Positions 24,391 through 39,269 of a stretch of DNA of 64,000 bases are shown in pieces. This stretch comes from Octopus sinensis. Its lineage: Eukaryota. Every line of letters begins with the position of its first letter. The first letter of the stretch is position 1. The position numbers and the translations under genes were made by a program. Below the pieces are notes generated by a model. It was not told the origin of the DNA and did not search any database. It worked only from the letters and a program-made list of their open reading frames with translations. The DNA lies in assembly GCF_006345805.1 (NCBI RefSeq), contig NC_043005.1, positions 86,304,001 through 86,368,000 on the forward strand. The letters are read 5' to 3'.

Positions 24391-24574
24391 TTATTAATAA
24401 TAATATTTATAGGATTGAGGTAACCCCTCTAGATGATATAGAAGCAGAAAAAAGAAGAGTACCATTGGCATCAATTGAACGATAGTTTGATCCTGTGGAA
24501 GACAGCCGAGATGTCGAAATATCGTTCACTTGAAGACAAGGGCATTCTTCTTGTTTTGCTTCTATCATTATTAT

Positions 24575-25050
24575 TATTGTTGTTGTTGTTGTTGTTGCTG
24601 TTCTTGTTTCAGTTGTTGTTGTTATCCATCATCAAGTCGGTGAGCTGGCAGAATCGTCTGAGTTCAAATTCCGCCGAGATCGACATTTTTCTTTTCATCC
24701 TTTCGAGGTCGATGATATAAGTACCAGTTAAACACTGGAGTCGATGTAATCAGCTATTCCCCTTCCCCACAAATTTTAAGCCTTTTGCCTATAATAGAAA
24801 GAATTATTAAAATTATTACTGCTGTTCTTGTTGTTGCTGTTGTTATTCCTATTTGTTATTGTGTAGGACGGTGCCATGTGGCAGTATCGTTAGAAGGTCG
24901 AACAAAACCTCTTGCGTCATTTGTTTCGCCTCTTTACCTCCTGAGTTCAAATCCTGCCGATGTTAATGTCGCCTTTCAACTCTACGGCCGGACAATATAG
25001 AGTACGGTCATGTACTCCATCAAATTACAAGCCTTAGCCTTATGTTAGAT
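24575..25050 (+). mobile_element. Two SINE family A copies
   Basis: GGTGAGCTGGCAGAATCG..GAGTTCAAATTCCGCCGAG..CCTTTCGAGGTCGAT..AAGTACCAGTT. Confidence 0.8.
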
Positions 25051-26449
25051 ACAAATGCTATTATGGTTGTTTTTGCGGCTGCATCAATGATTTATTGAGC
25101 GAATATCAATTAAATGGTGTATTTGGCTTTAATGAGTACAATGCCTGTGGCAGGCAGCAATTGTTTTAGTTTCAACAAACGTTCTCCAATCTCTTGCCAA
25201 ACAAGTGGAACTCAGAAGATTAAAGTAATCATTGATTGTTTTTCTTCTCCGTGGAGTGGGTGTGTTTTGGGGGCTAGACCGGATTTTCATTGATTCAAGC
25301 ACTTAAATGCTTCTTATTTTATCGACCTTGCATGATGAAAGGAAAACTCACACTCAAAGTAGTATATTATTCAATATAATAATACATTAAGGCGTCAACC
25401 TAGAAGATTCATTATTGTGTCGGGAAAAATGCTTAGCTTCATTTCTTTCGAATTTACTTTCTGAGCGCAAAGCTTTAAGTTCCAGGTGAGAACTGGTGTC
25501 GCTGTAACCGAATTACACCTCTCGCGAAGTTGCTGGCCTTGTGCCAAAATTTAGAAGCAATATAATAAAACTTGAATTTTATAAACACTTAGAGAAGCAA
25601 ATGCAACACATTGTGCATCACATGATCGACATTTCTTTCTTCATTTCTTCTCTTCTCTTTTTCCTAACTTTTCTTCATTTTTCTTTTTAAAAAAGACTGG
25701 ATTGTAAAAACGGATTGTTGAAAAGTATTTCAATCTCTATCAAATTTGAACTGAGGAAGGACATACAATGTTTCGGTGTTTTCAGCGAGAAACATATTTG
25801 AAGGGGAACAAATACAATAAAGTGAAGGAACTTCTATGTCATTGCTGAAATCAGTGAGAGAAACACTTTTGAGGTCAATGGCATACATGAAGCGATACTT
25901 CACGTTTTTAGGCATCTTGGCATGCATAACATTTACAAGTAACAAGCCTGACCGTACTGACGAGAGGAAAGATAAAGGCGACGGCTTATGGTTGTTTAGT
26001 TAAGGCTTCAATTTGAGTAGAATAATTACAAATAAAGAAACCTTTGATGTTAATTAATAGCAGCTTGACGAATGACACTTGCAGTAGGAAAGCTATATTT
26101 AGAAACCCATATAGAAGTTGTTAGGTATGAGAGAGTTTCGGTTGCTATATACCAACGCTGAGGCTGACTACAGTTATTGTTTTATTGGATTATGTAAGCA
26201 TTATGCAAATATATGTAGTGTATACGTTTAGGTGGTAACACAAAAGATTGTTTGCTGGAAGGCACAACGTATTTTGTTTTGCAAATCAGCTGGCAGAAAC
26301 GTTAACACGCCGAGCGAAATGCTTCACGGCATTTCGTCAGGCTTTACGTTCAGAGTTCAAATTCCGCCGAGGTCAACTTTGCTTTTCATCCTGCTGAAAT
26401 GCATGAAAGTTTAAAAGAATATTTATTTATAAATTTAATAAACATTTAT

Positions 26450-26505
<56 letters not shown>

Positions 26506-26685
26506 ATATATATATATCGAACTATGTATATATAGACACATATATGCACAAAATATATATATATATGATAGATCGTTAGCTACTACACGCATTTTTTCTC
26601 ACCTTTTTTCCCTCCTTTTTTCTCTCCTTTTATTCTCTCCTTTATTTTCTCTCCTTGTTTCTCTCCTTGTTTTTTTTCTTTGTCT

Positions 26686-26722
26686 CTTTCTGTAGAAGAG
26701 CCTATGCTCGAAACATAAAAGA
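26686..26722 (+). ncRNA. Second copy of the non-canonical hammerhead-like motif (pLTR-like repeat ~26640-26820)
   Basis: cttt-CTGTAGA-A-GAGC(ctat)GCTC-GAAA-C-AT-A-aaagac; downstream sequence matches 5165-5265. Confidence 0.5.
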
Positions 26723-28167
26723 CATTTTCTATTCGTGAGCGTTATACTAATACATCAGTTTGTTATGTACACCACCTGTCCTCGTCTTTTGTTTTGTTTT
26801 CGTAAACACTCCCTTTATATATATGTATATATATATATATACATATACATACTTACACACATGCATACATACATATATTTACACGAAAATGCATTGGTAC
26901 GTGTGTATGTGTGTGTTCGTCAATTAATGTTATTCTCTCTGTTTAAATATATATTGGTGTAATGGTGTACATTAAATTCTTGCTGACTTCTGCAGTCGTA
27001 ATTTCATTCTTAATTTAACCTATCTATTCATGTCTGATGGAATTAGTTGATAGGAAGCGATATTCCACGATGTATCATGATAATTTCTCCCAATTCAATC
27101 AAATCTTTATGGCAAGCAACAACAGGAACAATAATATTCTAATATTCCAATTTACTTTCATATTATATTACATATTATATTTGATAATTTTATATTGATA
27201 AATGAAATTGAAATATATATTTCACAGTTACATATAATTCAAAATTATTAGTTACTCCTTAAAAATTTAATAAACTTACATATTGTGATGGTCATCATTT
27301 TGATAACATCCCTGACTCAAAGTCAGTGACTGGAACGTAGAATTGAAAGCTCATTGCTGATTTAGTTCCGTATAAAGGCTAACTCCTGTTTTATGTCACA
27401 TTCTATACGCGTGTATTCCTTGACGATGTTTTTCTCTTAAGAAGCACAATATTTTAGATACCTGACATGCACTGATAGCGAGTTATTGCCGGCGAGATAA
27501 TCGTTTTTGATCAGTCGTGGTGGTATTAGTAATTTCAATTCTAAATCAAGTCGCAATGAAGACATACAGAATTTACATATTAAATAGGGCTTGTTTTTGC
27601 TTTTTCATTACAAGGGTCTCAAAAAACTTTACTCTGTACTCTATCATCTGTTTCACAGTCTAATACCTTTCTCTCTCCCTCATCTATCACCCTCATCTCT
27701 CATTCCTACTTTCAAGTTATCTTGACTGACCTCTAATGGGTACACTTTCCCTGTCTTCATCTATTTATTATCTTTATTACCTCTCTCCTTGTTTTTCATT
27801 TTTCCTTCTTTCTTTCTTTACTTTATACCTCTCTTCTTGTTTTGTCTTTTTTCTTCTTTCTTTCTTCTCTTTTTTCTCTTTTCTTTATTCCTCTCTTCTT
27901 GTTTTCGATTTGACCTTACAAATACATTCCTTACTTTTAGGTCACTTTAAATAAAACTCTCGATACAATAGCACTGCGTACAAACTGTATACTTGGACTG
28001 ACCAATTTTAAATACAATTGGAATTTTATATGTATACCATTCTCTCTAAATAATGGATCTACTAATGCAGTATCCCTTCATATCTTACATCTATTTTCAT
28101 TCCTTCACATCACTCTCTATTTCATATCTTATCTAGAATAACTATTGCTTAACCATCTTCTCACACC

Positions 28168-28232
28168 GTCTCCGATGAAGGGATATAATAAATATCCTGG
28201 AAACATATAAATATCTGGAAACAGCTGTAAGA
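28168..28232 (+). ncRNA. Degenerate hammerhead motif with an internal tandem duplication
   Basis: gtct-CCGATGA-agggatat(ataa)atatcctg-GAAA-[~18-bp duplication]-C-AGCT-GTA-agac; palindromic ACAGCTGT stem III. Confidence 0.55.
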
Positions 28233-28287
28233 CCTATATCTAAATGAACTAAAATCTTCACAGCTTTGGTTTTTTATCCCATTTCTT

Positions 28288-28321
<34 letters not shown>

Positions 28322-28414
28322 TCAGAACATTTTCTGGTGGTCAAACTCTGCGTGTGGCGTAGACAACACCATATATATATAATATATATATAATATAGAT
28401 ATATATATATATAG

Positions 28415-28466
<52 letters not shown>

Positions 28467-28589
28467 ATATATATATGTATATATATATATATATATAATA
28501 TATTATATATATGTATGTATGTATATATATATATATCTATATATATATATATGATATATATATATATATATATATACTCTTTTTACTCT

Positions 28590-28945
28590 TTTTACTCTTT
28601 TACTTGTTTCAGTCATTGACTGCGGCCATGCTGAGCACCGCCTTTTAGTACTATTCTATCGTCTCTTTTGCCGAACCGCTAAGTACGGGGACATAAGCAC
28701 ACCAGCATCGGTTGTCAAGCAATGCTAGGGGGACAAACACAAACACCACACATACATACATATACATATATATATATATATATACGACAGGCTTCTTTCA
28801 GTTTCCGTCTACAAATCCACTCACAAGGCTTGGTCGTGCCGGGGCTACAGTAGAAGACACTTGCCCAAGATGCCACGCAGTGGGACTGAACCCGGAACCA
28901 TGTGGCAGGTAGAAAGCTACTTACCACACAGCCACTCCTGCGCCT
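28590..28945 (-). mobile_element. SINE family B, near full length
   Basis: Reverse complement of 48197-48618, including the central microsatellite linker. Confidence 0.9.
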
Positions 28946-29017
<72 letters not shown>

Positions 29018-29132
29018 AGCATTTTCTTACTACCCACAAGGGCTAAACACAGAGGGGACAAACAAGGACAGACAAAGGGGTTAAGTAGATTAAATCGACC
29101 CCAGTACGTAACTAGTACTTAATTTATCGACC

Positions 29133-29202
29133 CCGGTTTAGCTTAATGGTAGAGCACTTGACTGGAAATGAATGGGATATGAGTTCGATTCTCATGGCTG
29201 GT
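29133..29202 (+). pseudogene. tRNA-derived sequence (tRNA-Cys-like pseudogene or SINE head)
   Basis: AGCTTAATGGTAGAGC D-arm, CTTGA-CTGGAAA-TGAAT broken anticodon arm, perfect T-arm ATGAG-TTCGATT-CTCAT; weak acceptor stem. Confidence 0.5.
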
Positions 29203-29359
29203 TGATGACAATTTTTTCTGCTCTGTAAGGGATGTAATCCCATATATACGTTTTATTAGTATTTACGGGTTGAAAAATATATCTTGCTACTTGTACTACA
29301 ATACAGTTCAGCGTTTCAAAAACAAACTGTTTCTTTACATATGACGTAATATATATATT

Positions 29360-29427
<68 letters not shown>

Positions 29428-29528
29428 TATACGTATATATATATATATGTATGCATGTATATATACACAAGTATATCTATCTCTATATCTATCTATCTAT
29501 CTCTCTATATATCTATCTCTCTCCCCCC

Positions 29529-29605
<77 letters not shown>

Positions 29606-29719
29606 GTTTTTTCCATTATAAAGTGATTGTTCTATAGGGAACTACGTTACTACATTCTGAGCCATGGAAAACATCTTATCCAGCATCTTATATCTTATCC
29701 AGCATATATATATACATAT

Positions 29720-29813
<94 letters not shown>

Positions 29814-30638
29814 TATATGCATTTATACGTATACAAACACACATACATACACACATATAATTTTCGTATTCCCATTCGTGTATGTAATTAGATTGCTCGT
29901 GGTTTATGTTACGTTGCATCTTGTAATTTCGATAATTCTTCAGATTCCTGAAAGGAACGCTGGAAAAAGGATTAACCGTATTCACTGTTGCAGTATTGAT
30001 GAGGACAATCGTATCATTTTCCTATTTACAGTTCTCTCAAGCAACGTAATTTGGTTCTAGCTATTCGCTGTAGATGCCAGAATTAGCAGTTAAATAACTT
30101 GAAAATCATACCCTATTGTTTTAAAAATTCCATACGAATAAAATGCCCGCCATTAGACAGATATGAAATCATTGTGTTTTGAAAGCTGACGAGTTCATCA
30201 ATGGTTCTCGTTTTTGATTATAGGCCTGACCTGGAGTTAAACAGAAGTTTGATTTAGCAAACTTGTAATTTCCTCACTGAAGCGTTTTAACGAGCCGGGT
30301 ATTGCAATATATATGTGTGTATACGTATATATATTTATGTGTGTGTGAGTGGGTGGGTGTATGTGTGTGTGTGTGAGTGTGTGTGTGTGTGCAAAACCCC
30401 TCATGAGTATACTTGAACAAATTTACCCCAGCACATGATCTATTTTGAAGACTGGTGTTTATATTATTGGTTTCTCCTTTGTTGAATACTGACATATGTG
30501 GACTAAAACAAATTGATACTAGTTGCCGAGTATTGTGAGGTGGAACAAGCACACACACAGATTTATATATACATACATACGTACACACACACACACACAT
30601 ATATATGTATATTATATGCATATATATATGTATATACC

Positions 30639-31543
<905 letters not shown>

Positions 31544-31598
31544 TATATTATATGCATATAATATATATATATATGTATATATATATGTATTATTTATA

Positions 31599-31634
<36 letters not shown>

Positions 31635-31904
31635 CATATTGTATCTCGGCAGAGTCATTTCCTTTTAGGGCCTTATTATTTAACGCACTCACCAGTTCGT
31701 TTTCGACCCATTGAAAAAATATATATCTAAATGAGTGGAAATCGAAACGGAGAGTGTGTTAAATAAGGCACTAACAGAGGATGACTCTCCCCAGACACAA
31801 TAAAATATGCTTCAACACACGAATTCACACAAAGAATCTTGCCAATCAAACGCAAAAACGAAATTTGTCTCTGTTTGCGTTTTCTTTTTACTTTTTGTGT
31901 GTGT

Positions 31905-32065
31905 GTGTACCACTGACTTCTTTCAGTTTCCCAGTACTAAATCCACTTACGAGACTTTAATGGCCCGAGGTTTTAGGAGAAAGCACTCACCCAAGGTGCT
32001 ACGCGATGGCCCTGAATCTGGAACCATGTGGTGAGGTAGCATGCATCAGCACCACACAGCCACGT
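31905..32065 (-). mobile_element. SINE family B head, degenerate
   Basis: TTCTTTCAGTTTCC..AAATCCACT..CCCAAGGTGCTACGC..GGAACCATGTGG..CACCACACAGCC. Confidence 0.7.
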
Positions 32066-32779
32066 CTGCAAGAAAAGTCGTCGTTAATAATAATTATGCT
32101 GTTGGCGACGCCATGGACGGCAAAAACCATGGCCACCACGACGACGATGACGATGATGATAATTGTGGAGAGGTAAAATGGATGGATGTTATTTATAATA
32201 CTGAAGGTAATCGAAGTCCTCTTAGAAGTGATAGGGGCTATGATAACGATGTTGCATTCCTAAAGTGGAAGCAGAATCAGAGAAGCGGCGAGGAATATTG
32301 TTTGCTCTTTCTAACAAGGAGTTCATAAAATTGAAAACTGATTGAAATATTGATGGCGATGACAATGATCAGAGTGTTACTAATAGCAACCGATGATGAC
32401 ATCAGAGGAATGTTAAATTGCAGCGATTGTGAATTTTAGTGGGAAGAAGGCGATGACAGGGAAGTAATTATTGTAAGCGACGGAGATAAAAATATGACGA
32501 TGAGAATGGTTGTAGTGAGAGAAATGGCGAGTGGGCTAAGTTCGTACAGAAGGTAATTATAAAGAAGGAGAGACAAAGAGAGAGAGAGAGCGAGCGAGGG
32601 GGAGAGGGGATGGAGAGAAAGATGTTGGATGAAGAAGACGATGTAGTTATTGCTTCTCATGACGATGACTACTTCAGTGTAGTTAATGGTCTGTCAAGCT
32701 TGATAATAATGTAATAATGGTTTCAAATTTTGCCACAACGGCAGCCATTTTGGGTGAGGGGACGCGTCGATTAAATGTA

Positions 32780-33000
32780 TCGAAGGCGAAGGGAAGAAAG
32801 GTCATTTCATCCACCAAATAGAGATTGTTTGAACAGGTACACGGTGTGCCATATGTCAGGTGTCAAAGCGAATGCAGAGCAACGTGAGGCGAAGTGTTTT
32901 GCACAAAAGCACAAGGTACCACCCGGATTAGGAATTGAAACCGCGATCTCGCAAATGTGAGTGCAACATCCTAACCACAAGGAGTAGGCCATGCGCTCTC
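32780..33000 (-). mobile_element. SINE family C-related copy, degenerate
   Basis: GGAATTGAAACCGCGATC..CCTAACCAC..GGCCATGCGC head, in reverse. Confidence 0.6.
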
Positions 33001-33531
33001 GTAATAATAATAACAACAACAATAATAATTTATAATTTTCAGTTTCCACTAAACATACATTTATGAAGTTGGAGTTGCGTAGTCTCAAAGATATAAACAT
33101 CATATCGTCAGTAGATGGATCTTGTCGATAACTAGCGTATCAGTGTAGCCATACTGGACCTGAAAATGTTGGTTATTCAATGCTTCGAGTTGTTTTGATT
33201 CAGGTTCAACACATGAGATTCAAATAGGATTAAATATGTATAAAACAAAGACAACTCTGTCAGAGCGTCTATTTATCTATTAGAATTTCACAGATATTAT
33301 ACTGGTATATACATTTAGGTAGTGATGAATGTATTCATACATATAAGAAGATACTCGTGGTATTGTTAACAGAATTTGGATGGATGATAAGACATTATGT
33401 ACAGAATTTATTTGGCGTAAATGAAAGAAGATAGTTTAGACATTCCGGAATGATTGGAAAGAAAGTTGCATCAACGTTATTAATTTACACTACTCACCGG
33501 AAGTGTATACACGAACACATGCTTCTCCCTC

Positions 33532-33566
<35 letters not shown>

Positions 33567-35799
33567 CATACACGCATACATACACACTCACACACATGTA
33601 TGCATATCAAATTACATCCATGCCTATATGTAAACACACGTATGTGTGTGTGTGTGTTTGTTGTCGTGTGTCTGCGTCTGTGTCTATATATGTATGTTTC
33701 TCTTGACTTTAAAATTTCATGCTAAACAATCCAGTCGTCGTGATTTGAGAGCAGGTTTTCTCTGAAATGTCCGTTTTATAAAACTGAATTACATATGTGT
33801 GCTTCTAATTTCCGTTTGGACACGCCCCTGGTTGAAACAACTCAAAAGTAGGATGTCCAGAAGTAGGAGGCAACATGTCGGTGACATGTGTCAATCATAA
33901 ATGAATATATCGCGTGGACATTACATTCTGCAGATATGGAACACTTTGTACCTTAAGAATTCGAATGAATAAATGCGTTACTCTCAATGCTTAACGGCCA
34001 AATTGACAACAAAGTACGACATGTTCTAATCGATTTTCATTCTTCGATTAAATATAGCTGGCAGAAACTTGTTTATATACCAGTATTCAATGAATATTTC
34101 CGCTATCGTCAACGTTCTTGAATTTCTTTCGAGTAAAGAAATTAAAATTCTTTGTGTCATATGTATCATAAAGCATGTCACCTTGTTGCACTGTATCACT
34201 GGGGTGATATTGGCTGTCTGTGATGGTGACTGATTGCGGGGATGAATGGGAAAATGTCTCTTTGGCTCCGTAAGGAAGTGACTAAGCAACACCCGCGAAC
34301 ATTTAACAGAAGATTTTCTTACTGCACATAAAGTCAAAAACACATTGGTTTCTTACAGATAATAACAGTAATAATACCATACTAGAAGATATATATTGCT
34401 TCGAGAATAGAGCAATCCTACTGATACAACGAAATGTTGCTTGCCCAACATAGCAGGAAACAGTTGTGTTATATTCGTGATGACGGATGTTCTTGGTAAT
34501 CTGTCTGAGCTATCTAAGCGGAACGTTTGGTGTGGCAAGAATAGAGACATTGCTCAATCGGCTGCCTCCATATTCTGTAATGACTGCTAAAACTGGCCTT
34601 TTGTTGGGCACAAGAAGAAAAATCTAGAATATTGAATCACATGTAACTTGACATTGTTAGTTCCTAAATAGACCGATCCCGTGACACTATTGCGCTTTGC
34701 TCGTGATGTCTGACAGTGTATCCAGTTTGTTCAGTTTCAAATCCCTGCTATATGTGGTTTATATTTGTTGAAAATGATATTTTTAAACAGTCAAGTCTTT
34801 CAAATGTTATACAGAATCCTTCCTTCCGATCTCTTTTCCCTTCCTGAATGAAGTAAGGTGTGAATATTCCAACAACCAACCTTCGATTCCCGTTGGGAAT
34901 GTATTTGCATTTTTCTAGCCATTCTTTCTGCTGTTCTATTTTTCTTTTTAACACTCAGAATGAACAACCATCAGCTGCGCCACGCCTCAGTTCAAAAGAT
35001 ATAAGCATAGGCTTAGAAAATATTTTCTAGTCCCCTTTCACATTTTGAGAAAAAAAGTGCTGTCCTTAGGCTACTTAGTCGTCAAGTGTGCCGCATAGTG
35101 TCTGCCATCACTTACTCTGACATTCTAAACGATACACACTGGATTACTGATAACCTACATAACACCAATCTGTTGAACCTGCATGTCATCATTCCACTAT
35201 CACCACTGGACTCTCCATAAAAAAAAATTCTGAGGTAATCATTCATTACCAAGGTAACAGCACCATATATACATTTTTAATTTAGTAAAGTTTATCAACT
35301 GTACAAAAACTCGAAACATCTAGTATTTACAACATTCTCATTTTCTTTTTTTTTCGTCAGCTTTTCTTGAGTATGCTTGAACAAATGTGATCTTAGTTGA
35401 CAAGTGTTGCTTGGCCACGGTACTCCTTGTCATGATGTCCACCTGTTAACATATAAATCTAGAGTTCCTGCAACACAGATAAAAGCAGGATTGTCAGGGT
35501 TCACTCGCCTAGATCCGTTGGGCTTAGTTAGAAACAGGTTTTGCTCGTGATGGTTTCGTTCTTAGAAATCCTATACGGCGGTATAACAAACATTTAGAGT
35601 CATATACATTATTTTATATTATTCTTAAATTAGATGAGGTCTTTCTTGTCCTCTTTCATAAATATATATCTGTTAGATCGGAAACCTAAAATGGATCCAT
35701 GGCTCCCGTTTCAGTTACGAGTTTGCAACCCTGATAATCCGTTACAACACTTACCCAGCGTACCTATTCGTTTAGATCACCTGTGAACTAAGCCCCCAT

Positions 35800-35859
<60 letters not shown>

Positions 35860-35862
<3 letters not shown>

Positions 35863-36130
35863 GGACCCCGTGCAGTCCGCACACAACATACTCTTGTCAC
35901 ATAAAAATACGGCACAATTATTTCACCTCTATTCGTCCCGTTCTCTTTAACATTACACCAAAACACATTCAAGCAGAAAGAGACCCCATAAAGTTCAAGA
36001 TTTCTTTGGACAAATTCCTTTAAAAAATCCCGGATAAACCTCCTACACCCGGATGGGTCTCCATAAACAATAACTCTCTCCTCGAGCGGGTCATGTTGTC
36101 CAATTCCTGATTTGAATGACTTCACCAGGT
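35860..36130 (+). mobile_element. LINE 3' end fragment (CR1/L2-like)
   Basis: FKISLDKFL*KIPDKPPTPGWVSINNNSLLE resembles the FK..LD.FL..IPD.P C-terminus of such LINE ORF2 proteins. Confidence 0.55.
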
Positions 36131-36434
36131 GGTGCTATTAAGTTAGATATGGCGTGGGCCAATACTGGGTGAAACCTATCAAGGTATCAAAGTAAATAAA
36201 TAAATACATGTATAAACAAAGGGGTGTGGATTCGTGTCCCACCTGAACGGAAAAAAAACCCTACAATTTTCTGTCGAGTGCTTATACGGTCATTATTAGA
36301 CTATTTTCTTTAGTTATTGTGCGGTGATCACTTATAAGCTTTAAGCTTATAAAATACTACTATTAGTATTTACAGAATTGTAAAATTCGACTGCTGCTTA
36401 ATAATAATAATAATAATATAATAATAATAATAAT

Positions 36435-36476
<42 letters not shown>

Positions 36477-36678
36477 CGTTTATTTATTTATTTGTAAATC
36501 TCCTCTCCTTTTCTCCCATCCCCTCTTTTTCTTTAACTTCTTCTTCCAGATACAAAAGCAAACACACACGCAGACGCACACACATACACACACACATGCT
36601 CTCTCTCTCTCACTTTCTCCCCATTCATCACCCCCTTGTACTATCTTATATCCCTCCCCACTACTACACATTCAATAA

Positions 36679-36757
<79 letters not shown>

Positions 36758-37987
36758 GCATAGTTATGTAAGTAGAGTGTGTCATGTATATATGGAGAAT
36801 ACAGTAGTCCTGAATGTTATTATGCCAAAAATGAAATTTGCATAAACTCTTCACATAAAATAACACTTTCTCGACACACAACGAAACAAAAAGGGACATT
36901 AATGCATGAAGTAGGTTTCTTGGGTTCCCTAGAAGCGTTTTTACAACCTCTTCGAAGTGTACGCAAAAGGGTCAAAATAATAAAGACAAAAAAAAACGGA
37001 ACAGAATATTTAAAAGATACCCGAATAATGCACAGCATTATAAGGAAAATGAAAATAAGAGTTGTTTCATGTACAACGATAAAAGACGAACCATTATCAC
37101 CCAACATATCGTCATATGTCCCTATAAAATGCATTTAAGTGTAAACGTTCCCTACATAAATATGATCTTTGAAATAATGGGACACAAATATAAAATGTCT
37201 ACTTTGCTACATTAAAGGAATTAAACATTTTATGGATGTAAATGTCGCTTTGTTTTACCATCAGCCATGCCTCTCGTAAAGCAATAACTTGAGAGAACAG
37301 CCTATGGAAAGATACACCACCTACACCAAATTATAGACAGGTGAGACAAACGAGGTACTTTAAGCACAGGGGTCTAGTTTTCCAAATCGAACACGCCCAC
37401 ACAATCCCACACACATTCAAATATATACACAAATACGGAAACAAGCACGCACACTCACAGGCAACGCAGGTGTTTAGAATAATAAAACGATGCGATGCAC
37501 TTTATCATTACCATAAATATAACACATAAGAGCTTAGTAACCGCTCAACTTGGATGCAAAATTCAGTTAATGCACATTAACACTGTCACAAACAGCGCCA
37601 CGCAATGCCCTCAACACACATTTTTTGTTCAACTTATACAGACAACAAAAGACATGACCTGCCTAATCGCAGCTAAGCATTTTTTTTTCACATCGTATAT
37701 AATCAACACCCACTCATCTGGTGACATATTACAAGTCAACACCTTTTTTGTGTGCTTTAATCTCGAGTATTCTCAAAATATTTCACCAACTTTCAGTGAA
37801 CTTCCAGCGTTATCAGAACACCTATAACTCAATGGATACAGCAATGAAACGTTTAAGCACAGCAAAACAAGAAGAGAGAAATATCATTATTCAAAACACC
37901 GTATATATATACATTATATGTGTATATATACATATATACATATATATACCTATATATATACATACATATATATATGTATATATATAT

Positions 37988-38019
<32 letters not shown>

Positions 38020-38070
38020 TATATATATAATACATATATATACATATATATATATTATGTATATACATAC

Positions 38071-38191
<121 letters not shown>

Positions 38192-38199
38192 ATTTATCT

Positions 38200-38490
38200 C
38201 TTATTTACTTGTTTGTCATTTGATTGCGACGATGCTGAGGCATCGTTTTGAATTTTTAGTCGAACAAGTCGACCTCAGTATTTATTTTTTAAGCCTGGTA
38301 CCTATTCTGGCGGTCTCTTTTGCCGAACCGCTAAGTTAAGGGAGAAGTAAACACATCAACACCATATATACGATGAATTTCTCTCAGTTTCCATCTACCA
38401 AATCTACTCACAAGGCTTTTCTCGGCCCAAGGTTGTAGTAGAAGACATTTGTCCAGGGTATCATGCAATGGGACTGAGTCCGGAACCATG
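38200..38490 (-). mobile_element. SINE family B copy with internal deletion
   Basis: GGTCTCTTTTGCCGAACCGCTAAGTT and CAGTTTCCATCTACCAAATCTACTCACAAGGC. Confidence 0.8.
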
Positions 38491-38539
38491 TTTCTCCTGG
38501 TTTACCTCTTTTTATTATATATTTACGTCGGTAAAATTA

Positions 38540-39099
38540 AATGCTTAAGGCTTGTTTTAGGTTTTCCTCGTACCAGGTAAAATATGTATTTTAAAAAAAT
38601 AATAAATAAATAAATTCATGAATGGATGTTGTTTTCACAGCGATAATACTCTTCTTAGTACATGAGCCGTTCCAGTTAACACGTTTTTTTGCACTTCTTG
38701 TAGGGATGGTAAGCTTGGTATCATTTTCAAATAGGTTTCAATTGCTTTTTTCTATCCTTCCTAGAGATCCTACAATCAGTGGCACTATAGTCATCTTGAG
38801 ATGCCACATTTTTTCATTCTATATTAGCAAATCTTTATATTTACTGATCTTGTCAAATTCTTACGCCGCTATAATTTATGCAATGAATACTCGTCGGTAT
38901 ACGCTGTACAAGGAATATTCATGTCAATTAATAAACACACCTTTTTTTTATCTGATCTTTTATAATAGTATTAATAATACACGGTTTATAATAAGCACAC
39001 CTTTTTTGTCTGATCTTTTATTATAATATTCGGTTTATAATAAACACACCTGTTTTGTCTGAACTTTCATAATAATATCAGTTTTATAATAAACACACC

Positions 39100-39102
<3 letters not shown>
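38540..39102 (-). mobile_element. R4/Dong LINE 3' fragment (same subfamily as 12350-12890)
   Basis: Near-collinear match: CAGGTAAAATATGTAT, TTCACAGCGATAAT, CCTAGAGATCCTACAATC, CTTGAGATGCCAC, TTTACTGATCTTGTCAAATTC; abuts (ATT)n. Confidence 0.85.
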
Positions 39103-39176
<74 letters not shown>

Positions 39177-39269
39177 CATCATCATTATTATTATTATTAT
39201 TGTTGTTGTTATTATTATTATTATTATCATCATTATTATTATTTTTCTTGTTGTTATTACTATTATGGA

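Noticed and set aside
21686-24397. Plus-strand ORFs 21686-22126 and 23777-24397
   Set aside because: Antisense shadows of the Dong ORF.
25730-25960. Minus frame LLVNVMHAKMPKNVKYRFMYAIDLK..
   Set aside because: Unique sequence, but no recognisable motif and no donor site; at most a very weak terminal-exon candidate.
32041-32328. 95-aa Asp-rich ORF
   Set aside because: Starts inside a SINE head and runs through GAT/GAC low-complexity sequence.
37265-37340. 76-nt segment with good acceptor and CAG|GTGAGA donor
   Set aside because: All three frames have stops; could only be a non-coding exon and cannot be supported without RNA data.
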